A stretch of DNA of 63,827 nucleotides, counting the filler, from Octopus bimaculoides (lineage: Eukaryota), in NCBI RefSeq assembly GCF_001194135.2. It is 5 parts of 5 records of this genome, joined end to end, with 100 filler letters (N's around TTAATTAATTAA, not from the genome) between each part and the next. Parts side by side here need not be neighbours in the genome. Positions count along the whole stretch, not along the records: positions 1 to 10,686 come from NC_068988.1; positions 10,787 to 16,402 come from NC_068995.1; 3 more parts are not named here. One strand, 5' to 3'. Shown piece by piece: positions 1 through 13,984 of the stretch. Position 1 is the first letter of the stretch. Every line of letters starts with the position of its first letter. The notes under the pieces are model-generated. The model was not told the DNA's origin, ran no database searches, and was given only the letters and a program-made list of their open reading frames with translations. The translations under genes were made by a program, and so were the position numbers.

Positions 1-469
1 AGAGAGAGAGAGATACAAATATATGTATACATATCTATATAAACATATAATATATGTGTTTGTGCGTGAGCGAACGTGAACGTCTATCTTTGCTTCTGTG
101 TTTCGGTTCATATCTGGTGTTAAAAGAAATGATAAAAGACATACTATGCGTGAACTCGTCGCTTTGACAATCAATGATATTGATGTACTATTTGAGACCG
201 TCTTCCCGACATGGTGAAATACTACATGTTTTATGTATGTACTTATGTGGGTGCTGCTACTGTGTTTTTTCTTCAGCGTGTGTGTATGTGTGTGTGTGTG
301 TATGTGTGTGTGTGTGTGTGATTATGTATATGTAAATGCATGTAGAGGAGCGTAGGCTGGAAATGTTAAAGACTTTTACATTTCCCGAGCGTTATACTAA
401 TATATCTGTTTGTTGTCTACACCACCTTCTTCGTCTTTTATTGTATATGTTTTGTGCATTTTCCCAATA

Positions 470-502
<33 letters not shown>

Positions 503-599
503 GTATATGCTCTTTTCCTCATACTATTCCAAACACATGAAGACTTAATATTCCACTTAGTCTGGCAGCTGTTTCAAAATATGAGACATGTAATATAAG

Positions 600-1115
600 A
601 ATCCACAAATTAAAACGAATACTACTTGGAAGACCATACGTATTAATATTAATAGACAACGCAAGTGATGAACAAGACTTAGGAAAAACAATTCACATCC
701 CCACAAAAGACAGAGGTTTCAACATTATCCACCCCATCACCCCTCTACTGAGACAAAACCCAAGAGTGAAACAAACACTGGAAATATTCTTTTAATAAAT
801 CTACCTGTTTCAGTCATTTGATTGCGGGAATGCTGGAGCACCACCTAAATGCAGAATAATTAAAAGCAAAACACAATCAAATTCCCCCAAGAAACAACTC
901 ACCAGCGCTAAATTACCCTTCACAAACCCCATACCAAGAGTCAAAAAATGTGGCCACGCTAAGTGAAGGATTTACCCCAAAATCATAAAGGAAAAACCAT
1001 ATGAATTCAAATCAGGGCAGAATTTTACCATAAAATATAATTGTACCTGTTCCTCAGAAACATTCAAATGTAAAAGATATATCGAGGATTACACATTCAG
1101 CAACTCGGCATGTTG
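600..1115 (+). mobile_element. Degenerate Penelope-like element fragments
   Basis: 870-1110 translates with a stop as KSNSPKKQLTSAKLPFTNPIPRVKKCGHAK*RIYPKIIKEKPYEFKSGQNFTIKYNCTCSS, resembling the PLE linker/Zn-finger before GIY-YIG; 600-790 weakly resembles a GIY-YIG C-terminus. Confidence 0.5.
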
Positions 1116-3166
1116 AATTTCTACAGCAACAACATACATTTTGAGGAAAACCATGTTTTATCTTGCATGATACTAAAGCACGAATTTAATGGAGAACAAA
1201 GTTCTATGTCAACGTACATATATATATATAAAACAGATTGATTCAGTCACTGGATATAATATATTTTGAAATCTCCACATTTTGATGCTCAATAGTCACA
1301 GGAAGTAAAATACGCCTTTATATTTTGGATCAATTTTCCTTCCTACATTAATGTACAGCAAATAAGTTCCGAAAATTTCAAGTCAGCTCACTTCATCTTT
1401 ATTCAAACACACATAGATAAAGAAAAATAAATTTACACAAAAATACAAGCCAAGATTCAAATGACATCTAGTCACACAGTCTCTAACCCACACACAGTGA
1501 AGATCTAACAAAATTTAACAACTACATAAAAATAAGTCTTATCCAAGCTACCACTTGAAAGATTAAGTCTAAAGATCCTTGATTGATTGAGACTATCATT
1601 AGATATGTTCAATCAACCATGACATCGATAACTTTGAGGACATTATATTAACGCATAGCGTATCAGGAAACTTTTAAAATTTTAATGCATAATCATTGGA
1701 TCATCCTTTGCCAATATAGATTTTATCGAATTCGGATAAGGATTTGTAACATGTTCTCTCAATAAAAACAAGAGTATGTTCGAACTCAAGACAGAAGACT
1801 AAAAATAATAGGTCCTGGGGTCGATCTGTTCGATTAAAAGCTCACAAAGCGGTGCTCCAGAATGACTGAAATATGTAAAAGAATGAAAGATTAGAATAAT
1901 AGAATAAAAGAATAGAAGAATGTTCATGTGTGAGTGTATATTGACAGACACCTGAACGGAAACCTGACTCGACCCAAGGAGGCTCAGTAATTGAGATGTC
2001 TCAGTTTTATTGTTACGTTATAAATGGGCTATATCTGTAGCTTATTGTTAGGAAACATATGAACTTCCAACGATTTCTGTAATATATCCAGAACAAAAAA
2101 TATTGCGTAGTTTTAGCATCTCTCTCGCTCTTTTATACTGAACAGTCCAGTACTCAAATGCAGTGTTCTCGTTAAAATTTTAAAGCTCAGTGTATAAATT
2201 TGTGGATATATTGTTTCGGAGTTTTTAAATATTCACGGTTTTCCTCTTAAACCTCTTTTCTTGATGAACCCTCCCGACTATATTGTTATTTTCTCTTGGT
2301 TTAAGGAGGCACTAATATTCAAACAAAAAAAAGTGTTTAAAACCTCAGAAATCTACTATCAAAACTGTACACAGTAATACAATTGCTATTCATTATAATG
2401 GCTATCTCTTTAAATACTGGTACCCTAGCAATCAATACCTTGTAATTTCCATCTAGATACTAACCTAAGTTTACATATGACACATATGACACCGACCAAG
2501 GGACGGAAACAAGGATTTTCCTTCTATTTCAGGAAATGCAGTATGTGTTGCAGTTGAGACGTGTCAACCATCTCCCTCGAGTAATCAATATCAAATTAAC
2601 ATAACGTCTCTAAATTACTAATTGTCTCCCAGATCATGCAATAACACACTTTTTTGTGCATTATATGTATTTGTTACTTTTATTATATACATTTGCTATT
2701 TTTATTATGCATACAGTTATTACATTTCTTCAAGTTGATCTTAAAGTGACAATTCTAGAAAAATTCTGGCAGCAACATATTAACTTGCCAACTATGAATC
2801 TAACTATAAAGCCGATGTATTTTAAGCATGTTTATAATACTGGTTTCTTCCACAATACTTCCTGTCTCTCTCCCACCAACAATAAATGCAATGACAAACT
2901 ATATTATTACAATAATATATTACAGTATAATTCACATTTCAGTAAAAAAGATCTAGTTTAGTGAATGGACCCAACCTCAGAAATTACTGTTACACACGAA
3001 AAAAAAAATCACGAGAGTAAACAAACTCATATCTGATAATAGCGAGAACTCATGAAGTAGATGGGTGGAATTAAATGTGTTATAGTATTTTTATATAACG
3101 GTGAATCGTTTTGCGAAGTCACTAACCAATATATTACTAACAACATAAATAACAACAACAGCAACA

Positions 3167-3220
<54 letters not shown>

Positions 3221-3689
3221 GGAAATTATGACAGCATTAATGATAATAATGGCAATAATATAATGCCATTACCACCAACGACAACAACAAACTTCACACA
3301 CTATCACATTTTCTAATCGATGATGGACTAAGAAAGAAATCTTACAAGAAGCTATTTTATCAAGTAACAACTTCAAGTAATGGGATATATTGAACCATAT
3401 CTCATTGAATAGCCTTCGTAACGTTGTCTGGAAAACTCCTCAAAACCTCAAGTGGGTATTTTCAAGTCTTGGACCATATCAATTCTTTAAAAGCTTCTAA
3501 CTCAATGAGACGTGTTCAGGTTAAGATTTTATTAGTCTGCCTTTGTTATTTGCATAGTTTAGCTCGAGTAAATTTAGTTACGATAAAATACAATTTATAT
3601 TTATTTTTTTATTCATTGTGTCACTGTGTGTATATGTGTGTTTCTAAAAGTCAATATATTTTATGGCTATGTAAGTTTATGTATGTGCA

Positions 3690-3990
<301 letters not shown>

Positions 3991-5656
3991 ATATTGTATA
4001 TTTCGTGACATACATATATTTGTATATAATGTGTGTGCTTGTATATGTTGCAATATGTGTTTATGAATCTATTTTCATTTATGAATTCATGTGAATTTAG
4101 TTGGCACTAAATTCTTATGTGTATTAAAATTAAGAATAACGGGGTGAATTGAGACCACGACCGGGGTTTGATTGTACATCGGCACAGATTCACTTCAATT
4201 ACTACGTAAAACGACAATAAGGAATTTATAACTTTACAATATAACCACCCATCGCTACTATAAAAAAATTGCTACATAAAAAAATTGTTGCGCTTAGTGG
4301 AATGGAACCAATGTTATTGTTCCTGTAATTGAAATGAAGGAGGTGACTGGGAATGTAATAACCTAAGCTAAACAATATGAATGCAATGCTTATTTCTATC
4401 TCAGATTTTTGAGTTCAATGTCAGCTGGAATTCACCATAAGATTTTTTCATCAATGGAATAAAATTTTCAAATACGAAGACGTATAATGTAGTGTTATTA
4501 TAGTGCCTACCAGATATATAGTATTGATATTGAGAAGCTGTTTCAATATCTATTAATCAACGTCTACAATGTAACCCACGACATGGTTTGGTGAATCGAT
4601 CGAGTGCACTTATATCACTCAAGGGAGAATGAACTGTGTAGAGTATCAGTCGTACAACCCCTAATTCTAAGTACACCACCTCTAAATTACCAACAATTTT
4701 AGCAATCAATTTCGAGTGCATTTACGCCTTGTGATTCCTAATTTTAAGTATACTACCTCTAACTTACCAACGATTTTGACAATCAATTTTGTCTTCTAAA
4801 CTGGTATATTTCAAAGCAGTGTCTTTGTTTTGTTTTTTAATTAATTGGAAACTTAGTATTCAATATTCTTGATCATGTATTAAATATTCTTGACCAGAGG
4901 GTTGGCATATGACAGAATGAATAATGATTTTATTTTACTCAATACTGTGTTAGATCTTTTATTTCAATTTATGTCTCCCTCAGCACGATCTCACATTAGA
5001 CTCCCATTTTATGACAAAGCACAGCAGTATCATGTCTACAATACACATGAATAACTTCACTATTGCCGTAACAAACTTTTTTTTCTTTTTTTTTTTTACA
5101 ACTGTAAAAGTATTTTACTAGGATAAAATGTCTCAAAATGCCAGTAATACTATTTTCGACACAAGATTTTAGTACAATTTAAGAGAATATTTTGAATGTC
5201 TTTTTCTGAAGAAAATATTTCATTTACAGTAAAGCATTTTCAATTTTCCGTAATAACATCTGCAGTGATGATACATGGACAATATAAAACCATTGAAGAA
5301 TAGCTGTATAACCATTGTTCCAAAGTAATTAACGAGCGTCTCTGTGAATGTGTCAGTTAACGTAGTGTTGAAGCAATTTTTCTATACATGTTTTTTTTTT
5401 TTTTTTTACATATTTGTGTGAGTTTGCTGATGTTAAAGGTGTTGTTCAGGATCTGTATGTTTATATTTCTTGGACTGCATTGATCAAAGAAGATGTTGTG
5501 CTGAAGCCATTCGTGCGTGATTATGATTTAGGACTAGATACTTTTGCTAGTAGGTCAATGGAACATTTAGATGCTCTGTGGCTGTGTATCATGTAGCTTC
5601 ATGCCTTTATCAGATATATAGCATCTATCTATTTATCTATTTATCTCTTTCTTTAC

Positions 5657-5855
5657 TTGTTTCAGTAATTTGACTGCGGCCATGCTGGAGCACTGCCTTT
5701 AGTCGAGAAAATCGAACCCAGGACTTATTCTTTGTAAGCCTAGTACTTATTCTATCGGTCTCTTTTTGCCGAACCGCTTGGTTACGGGGACGTAAACACA
5801 CCAGCATCGGTTGTCAAGCGATGTTAGGGGGCAAACACAGACATACACAGACACA

Positions 5856-5887
<32 letters not shown>
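5657..5887 (-). mobile_element. SINE family A 3' half
   Basis: ttgtttcagtaatttgactgcggccatgctggagc..gttgtcaagcgatg..(CA)n; related pieces at 803-845, 13236-13400, 47590-47625, 63490-63530. Confidence 0.8.
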
Positions 5888-6099
5888 NNNNNNNNNNNNN
5901 NNNNNNNNNNNNNNNNNNNNNNNNNNNNNNNNNNNNNNNNNNNNNNNNNNNNNNNNNNNNNNNNNNNNNNNNNNNNNNNNNNNNNNNNNNNNNNNNNNNN
6001 NNNNNNNNNNNNNNNNNNNNNNNNNNNNNNNNNNNNNNNNNNNNNNNNNNNNNNNNNNNNNNNNNNNNNNNNNNNNNNNNNNNNNNNNNNNNNNNNNNN

Positions 6100-6144
<45 letters not shown>

Positions 6145-6529
6145 CTGTTTCTGATACACACACGCACACACACATATATATATACGTCACTTTCTATATC
6201 TCTCTATCTATATATTTATTTGTTTATGTGTGCGAAAGGAAATATTAAAAATTCATCATTGTGTCTGTGTTTATACATGGTATTGCAAATATAGCTTTGT
6301 AAAAGTATAGGGTCTTACTACATATGCATCATCATATTTGACACAAAGTTTTGTGTTTGCCTTCCTGCATGTTTTACAGATGTTGTCACTATCTGTGTTA
6401 TAATCAGTATCCCTGGACATGTATGCTTCTGATGGTATTGATATATATCATAATAACCGTAGCTAGAAAGATGAAGTTTACAATATTGTTGACGTAACAT
6501 AAAAGAACTTTTGTCAATTCTGCACCATT

Positions 6530-6712
6530 GTCGTCATAATTGTTGTCGTCATCGTCATCATCATCATCGTCGTCGTCGTCGTCGTCGTCGTCATCATCAT
6601 CATCATCATCATCGTCGTCGCTGTCGTCGTCGTCGTCGTCGTCGTCATCATCATCATCATCGTCGTCGTCGTCGTCCCTGTCGGCATCATCATCATCATC
6701 ATCATCATCATA
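6530..6712. repeat. Compound (TCA)n/(TCG)n microsatellite
   Basis: Read directly from the sequence. Confidence 0.95.
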
Positions 6713-6811
6713 TTCTGCAGTACCAATACTCTGTAATCATCAACAACATCAATGCCATCTTCTCCACATTCTCCCGATATCTTTTATCGCTATCTATATC
6801 AACGTTGTCGA

Positions 6812-6847
<36 letters not shown>

Positions 6848-7349
6848 TTTTATGTTACATTCGTCGCCACCCTTGTCATCCTCGTCACGATTTGCATGAA
6901 TTTGAATAGCACTAGTAGTAATGATAATAATGTTGTCTACAAAAGATACTAGTCTACAAATATTGGGGGAGAATCTAGTAGATAATTTCGAACCAAATAA
7001 TTCAGTTATTTGTATCAGCTCTTATAATACGAAATGTAAATGACTCCTCACAGGATTTTGAATTCAAATAATATGAAATATGAAGTATTGCTAATTGCAT
7101 TTCGAATAATGGATTATAGCGAAATACTACGATCCATTTACGGCGCAAAACATCATAGTAATACACTATATCATATAATATTTTATTCAGTGACGCTCAC
7201 AATGAATGTGTTTTGGATTTCGCTAAAGCAAGTGTGGTATGGAGACAGTTACAAGCAGTAGTCAAGTAAATGAAACCTTAAAAATTTCAGCTTCTTCAGT
7301 CAGGCAACTCTCTGCTAATATGGGACTAAAAAAGGGACACAAACGCAAT

Positions 7350-8200
7350 TAGGTGCAATGTGCGTGTTTGTATGGCGTGCCAATAAACAAAAGTGTGTAT
7401 GTAATAGTCCTATCTTGACAGCTGTTCAGATGACGCATGACTGTTACCATAGCCATATCTATTGACATATTTATTGAATAGTAAAGACCTATAATATCGT
7501 AGGTTTTTGTAATAACAGGAACGTTTATAGGTCCGAGAGGTGAAATCATGATATCTTCATGTGAATAACTAATAGTACACATAAATATATATTCGATGGA
7601 AGACTTAGTGATATGGGTATAGAGCGTGAGTGGTTGCGTAAAGAAAGACACGTTGAAGGTGTCATGAGAAGGGGAGACAATTGTGTGTGGGGAGTAAATT
7701 CATGGTAGTACTTAGAAGATCAGTCGACTGCGTCAAGGAAAACAAAATAGATCATAAGTAAAAAGAAATGTGCAAGAAAAAGGGAGGTCTCTCAAAGAGA
7801 GGACAAAAGTAAGTGATGCTTGGATGGAAGTAGCAAATCAATGTTTGTAGTAGAGATAAAAGCAGAACTTAATGAAAATATATGTACGGGGATGCAATTA
7901 ATGGAGTGATTGCAACGGGAATACAGTTCAATCGGATGTGTTTATACGGCCCGTTATTAAAGGAGCGCAGAAATGTGATAATCCAAAGAATAGAATTAGG
8001 CGTATAATCGCTATTGCTTTTAAAATGAAGGAAGAAGGTATAAATTGGATGGTACACAACAAATTCATTCCTATATGTATCCAAGTTACTATATTTCGCT
8101 TTAATTGTATTTTCTTTGAGCTTATTAATACTAATGTTCGAAGCGCAACACTAACAACTTCAATATTGACATTAGCCATAGTGCAGTAGGTATAAGGGTT
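7350..8200 (-). mobile_element. Highly degenerate CR1/L2-like LINE endonuclease region
   Basis: Broken frames with NIDLL and THITKSSIEYIF, resembling APE C-terminal motifs; weak. Confidence 0.35.
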
Positions 8201-8829
8201 AGTAACTTAGTAGTGGATTTTACAAGCCTTACATACGGATATACAGCTGATTCCCTCATATTCATTCCATTGTGATTTCTACGCTTATGGTTGTAGCAGT
8301 TAGGCTGCAATAATTGAGGTTTGTGTCGCTTCTAGATCGGCCATGTAGTTAATCTGAACTATATCAGAAACATAAGCATTGGGCTGTGTGTGTGATTATA
8401 GAGCTAGAAGTAGTTAAAAGCTCCCTAATTTCCTTTGTAACACAAAAAGCAAGAGGCGTTTCCAGGAAAAAATCCTGAAACCTGAAGAAATGCGACACCT
8501 CCGTGCCTGTCAGACATGACATGCTTGTCAGACCTGACGTGCCCATTGGGCACACACTTCGTTATTATTCAGATTGAGAAACACCAATTTACTCTGTGGT
8601 TCCAGCAAGAGGAGTACACTATTTTTTATCCGACAGGCTCTCATCCAAAATGCATTCGGTAGATGATGAGTGACTACTTGTGTATAGAAAGTACGGAGTG
8701 ATTTAGCGTGAGAGTTTCGTATTTAAAATGTAAATCCACGCGCGCAAATTTCCTTGCCTGTATTCAATATTGTGTATCTCTCGATATAATAACAATCCTT
8801 TCTACTAAAGGCATAAGCTGATGTCGACC

Positions 8830-9123
8830 AGAAACACACGCATCAATGCTTACGAAGCTCAGGGCTAAAAGCAGAGAGTGAAAGTTTCAAATTACCTGCT
8901 CAAGACCAAAGCTTATTAACCCGGAACTACCAAGCCAATGTGATAAAAAATGGAGCTGACCCAAAATGCCGATTCTGTAACGATGCGATTGAAACTATAG
9001 ACCACCTAATCTCAGGGTGTAGAGTCTTAGCACGTGTAGAATACAAGGCAAGACATGACAAAGTCGGCCAGAGTTTACACTGGACAATATGTCGACAGTA
9101 TAAAATCAAAACCGCTGAAAAAT
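8830..9123 (+). mobile_element. R4/Dong-type non-LTR retrotransposon fragment (Zn knuckle)
   Basis: AQDQSLLTRNYQANVIKNGADPKCRFCNDAIETIDHLISGCRVLARVEYKARHDKVG: CX2C-X7-H-X4-C knuckle and RH motif of RLE-clade elements; ends at a gap. Confidence 0.85.
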
Positions 9124-9607
9124 NNNNNNNNNNNNNNNNNNNNNNNNNNNNNNNNNNNNNNNNNNNNNNNNNNNNNNNNNNNNNNNNNNNNNNNNNNNNN
9201 NNNNNNNNNNNNNNNNNNNNNNNNNNNNNNNNNNNNNNNNNNNNNNNNNNNNNNNNNNNNNNNNNNNNNNNNNNNNNNNNNNNNNNNNNNNNNNNNNNNN
9301 NNNNNNNNNNNNNNNNNNNNNNNNNNNNNNNNNNNNNNNNNNNNNNNNNNNNNNNNNNNNNNNNNNNNNNNNNNNNNNNNNNNNNNNNNNNNNNNNNNNN
9401 NNNNNNNNNNNNNNNNNNNNNNNNNNNNNNNNNNNNNNNNNNNNNNNNNNNNNNNNNNNNNNNNNNNNNNNNNNNNNNNNNNNNNNNNNNNNNNNNNNNN
9501 NNNNNNNNNNNNNNNNNNNNNNNNNNNNNNNNNNNNNNNNNNNNNNNNNNNNNNNNNNNNNNNNNNNNNNNNNNNNNNNNNNNNNNNNNNNNNNNNNNNN
9601 NNNNNNC

Positions 9608-9784
<177 letters not shown>

Positions 9785-10309
9785 TGGAAAAAGAGACTAC
9801 TAATGATGAGAATGATAAAGAGGAGGAGAAGACTAAGATGGAAATAAAGGAAGAGGACGATGAAGTGAAGGAGAAGGAGGGTAGAATGATTTGTTCTGAT
9901 ATGTGCATGTCAAGAGTGTCCCACACCTATTTCATAATGTGCAATATGTACAAAATGATCAGCGGAGATTTCATATGAGAAAAGAAATGTGTTAACCATT
10001 TAAACTTGTTGCTAAATTTAGACAAATTTTAAAAGCAATCCCGTTGGGCGTTACTACTAACAGATTTCGCTGAAACTTGAACAGCTGTTGTTGTGTATTA
10101 CTGTCGTGTATTTACTTGAAGAAATTAAGCTGTCATCATGCATAAATTATTTTTCTGGTGATTAAATATAAGGCAGAGCATGTAAAGGAGAATGTGAGAA
10201 TGAAATAACGAAATCTATTCTGTGTGTTATAACTGAATGTGAAGAGAATGTAGCTTAATATTAATTCATAAATAATGATGCGTAACGATTGCAGAACGAT
10301 TGGTTTGTG

Positions 10310-10686
10310 CGTTGTTCAGTTTTTGTTTCCTAAAACCCTTCCTTAAACACATCAATAGTTATATCAGAGATGACTTGGATATGTTAATTCACCTCCCAAA
10401 GAAAGTCAAGGAAGAAACAATCATGGTCTCATATGACGTGATTAGTTTATACACCAGTATACCTCATAATTATGGACTTGAGGCAATTCAATTCTGGCTG
10501 GATCAATTCCCGAAAGAAATCCCAAACAGGATCAGTAAAGAATTCATTACTATATCGGTTGAATTCATCTTACGAAACAACCACTTCATGTTTGACAATA
10601 CTTTCTACCGACAAAAATCCGGAATTGCTATGGGCACTAGGGCTGCTCCAGTCATTGCGAACCTAACAATGGGTTACTTGGAAATA
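10310..10686 (+). mobile_element. Penelope-like reverse transcriptase fragment
   Basis: SYDVISLYTSIP and YRQKSGIAMGTRAAPVIANLTMG are PLE RT motifs; cut by the spacer gap. Confidence 0.88.
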
Positions 10687-10786
10687 NNNNNNNNNNNNNN
10701 NNNNNNNNNNNNNNNNNNNNNNNNNNNNNNTTAATTAATTAANNNNNNNNNNNNNNNNNNNNNNNNNNNNNNNNNNNNNNNNNNNN
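10687..10786. other. Artificial scaffold spacer N44-TTAATTAATTAA-N44
   Basis: Identical 100-bp structure at 16403-16502, 45577-45676 and 59035-59134; the 12-mer has stops in all six frames. Confidence 0.95.
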
Positions 10787-11150
10787 TATCTTGAAACATC
10801 TAACGACTGGATGATAAAATTCGTTGAAAATAACGAAAGACGTAAGAAGCTTCATTCTGTCATGAAGGAGAGCAAAAAATTTGTTAGTGAACTCATTCAT
10901 AATACCTAGGCTGATCAGCATAATGAAAGTGCGGCAACTGTAACTGCAAAGAAAGCGAAATCAATAGCAAAGCAAAATGCGCTTGAACATTTGGTTTATA
11001 GGTGGGAACAAAAAACCTCTGCATTGAAAATATGTGGTCCGTAGCAAAGAAGCTGATGTAGATCAGAAGCACACCCACCAGTGACTACAGAGCTCAGGGT
11101 TAAAGGCTGAGAGCGAACGCTTTATCTTGGCTACTCAAGATAAGAGTTTA
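10787..11150 (+). mobile_element. R4/Dong-type LINE fragment (post-RT region)
   Basis: KPLH..YVVRSKEADVDQKHTHQ*LQSSGLKAESERFILATQDKSL, which precedes the region seen at 8830-9123. Confidence 0.7.
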
Positions 11151-11504
11151 TTGAAAATCGCCTGATGAAGGTAAATAACGAAGCATTGGCGCAAGGCAGT
11201 GTTTAGGTATGAGCAGAATTTAGGTTCGTTGAAATATGTTCGTTACATATTTCAACTGCTAAAAGGCAAATACACTACGGCTGCCATGAGGAAAAAAAAT
11301 CTCTCTTATGGTAAAAAGGTGCGAAAACACCCATTTCGTTCAGTGTCGCCATCTGTTAAGAATCTCAGAAATCGATGTTTCGAGTGTTTTTACTCTTGTC
11401 AATGTACGATACTTAAGAGTAAGAGATGCAACTCTGAACGAACTTAATAAAGATGTAGCTTTATATATGTATGTATATATGTGTGTGTATGTATACACAC
11501 ACGT

Positions 11505-11615
<111 letters not shown>

Positions 11616-11749
11616 TATACAAAATACGAAAACCAATGTATTACTACATTCTTCTAATTATCCTTATATGATTAGGAATACGAATAGAGTAAAATAGCGT
11701 ATCTCATATATATTTAATAAAGTTCAAAAATTTGAAAATCATAATACAT

Positions 11750-12480
11750 CTCCAGATAAGAGCGACATTATTTGGTTTATAATTCCATTCGCGAAGCAAA
11801 TTAAGACTAATTTGGTTGGGGCCTTATACAAACATTTTACTAAACACTTTAGAAAGGAAAATAGATATTATGATATCATTAACCCTAAACTTTTTAAAGT
11901 TGCTTTTTCTGAATCATAATTTGTCCCAGATTATTTCTTCAATTAACGAAAAAAATTATCTAATTTTTTATAATAATTATAACCGTAGTAAATGCAACAA
12001 ATCTAATGCTCTTAGAATAAATGGTAGTGAGAAATGTATACTTTAGTCGTCTAGTGTACAGGGGAATCAAATCAAATTAAATCCAGCCTCAACCACTTGA
12101 GCACAGGTAATGTAGCAAATAGCAATCATAATGATATAAATCAGAATAATAATAATACGAGTAGTAATGAAAATATATTTTGTGATTGCAAGGTTAGAAG
12201 TCAATGTTTATTTAAAAATTATTGTAAAAAAAAAAAAAGAAGTTGTTTACAGATGTAAAGTAAAATCTGAAGGTAGAAATTTCACTTACGTAGGGGCAAC
12301 GCAAAATTTTATCAAGAAACGAATATCTAACTATATTTACACCTTTAACAATTTGAAAAAGTCTTCTGGTACCAGCCTAAGTAAATTTATTTGGGTCTTA
12401 AAAGACAAGAAAAAAAGATTTTCTGTGGGAGTGGGAAATTATAAGTAAGACTACTGCTTATAAGATTGGAAAAGTGGTCT
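11750..12480 (+). mobile_element. Degenerate Penelope-like element (linker + GIY-YIG endonuclease)
   Basis: IIWF..KHFRKENRYYDIINPKLFKVAFS and VVYRCKV..TYVGATQNFIKKRISNY..TSLSKFIWVLKDK motifs, with frameshifts. Confidence 0.8.
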
Positions 12481-13448
12481 CTCGAAGGCTACCATTAGAT
12501 ATTTTATTTTCATAAATAAATCAATTATATATTAAAGCTACTGGTACTTTGAATCGATCGGCATTTATGTTTTGTACTCCAATAACTATTAAGAATTAAA
12601 TAATTCCTACTAGGTAGCACATAAGTATTGAATATTATATTAAATATTAATATTAAAATATTAATACTTCATTTTATATACGAGGAAGGTAACTGATTTT
12701 TTTATGTATTCACGCATGTTTATGGATATTCAAAAAACTACCATCTGATATAATATTATTATTATAAATAATTAATATGTTAGATTAGTTGAATCTGTTG
12801 ATACTTCACGTTTTATTACACAAGTATCTGTAAATATAAAGATTAAAGAATGCTTAGTAGATGCAATATTGATATAGAAATATTAACTGGTAAAGAGGTA
12901 AATTAAGTTTCCTACACAGGTGACAGTATCATTGTGATAGCTATAAATTCAATTAAGCACGTTTCTCATGAATATGTAGATGATATTTTATAATATAACT
13001 TATTAAACTAAGTTAGAGGTAAACGTATTGATTTATAGCTTCAGTAATTTTTTAAATATAATTTTTTTTGTATCAGTTGTATTTGGTAATATTTAAGTTT
13101 TCCTTTTTTTTACATAGTTGTAATGACCATAACTATTGCACACAAATATAAATGACGCGATACTATAATGATAAATAATTAGCAGTTTTTGATACGTCAT
13201 ATTTTTTGTTGGCTTCCATATTTCATTCTTTAACTTGTTTCAGTCATTTCACTGCGGCCATGCTGGAGCACCGACTTTAGTTGAACAAATCGACCCCAGG
13301 AATATTCTATCGGTCTCCTTTCCCGATCCGCTAGGCTACAGAGACGTAAACACACAAACATTGGTTGTCAAGCGAGGATGGGGGAAAAACATAAACATAC
13401 AAATACATACATACATACATACATACATACATACATACATACATACAA

Positions 13449-13490
<42 letters not shown>

Positions 13491-13984
13491 TCGTTTTGCA
13501 AGATTTTTGATGTGAAATCGTGTGTTGAAACAGATATTGTTGTATTTGGGGATGGTGATGTTGCCAGTTTAGCCAATAAAAAACACACACACTATATATT
13601 TGGTGTTAATTTGCTTCAGCTTTATTTTACATTACATTAATCGTATTTCGGCCAGAGTTCTTTCGTCACACTTCTGTGACCTCATCAGTGGTCCTTTGCT
13701 TTCTTCTTTCCTATTTGTGTGTTTTCCTTACTAACGATCAGCCACTTTGTATTCCTATTGTATGTGTCTTTATTTGCGCATGCGTATCCCCCTATGTGTG
13801 TCTATGTTTAGTAAGTGCGTGTGTGTGTATGGGGAGTGCCTGTATTATCTNNNNNNNNNNAAGTGCGTGTGTGTGTATGGGGAGTGCCTGTATTATCTGT
13901 ATCCCCTGTTCATACACGTTCGCTTAATTTGTTTTTATTTATTTGTTCATGTGTTTATACCTACTTGTTATTATTCTTTTTTCA

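Noticed and set aside
2533-2580. 48-nt AG..GT candidate exon
   Set aside because: Good acceptor but weak donor (CGA|GTAATC), no recognisable peptide and no partner exons.
5414-5596. 60-aa ORF next to a poly-T tract
   Set aside because: No ATG (TTG/GTG start), no motif; more likely an unclassified retroposed repeat end.
8470-8520. ILKPEEM as TBC1D9 exon 1 (xKPEE)
   Set aside because: No MW start, no LLANALW continuation and no donor; chance match.
11157-11195. cctgatgaaggt-aaata-acgaagcatt as a hammerhead
   Set aside because: CTGATGA is present, but GAAA reads GAAG, stem II is 2 bp and stems I/III do not pair convincingly; at best a dead remnant.
13813-13898. 38-bp direct duplication
   Set aside because: Identical copies flank a 10-N gap; an unmerged contig overlap.
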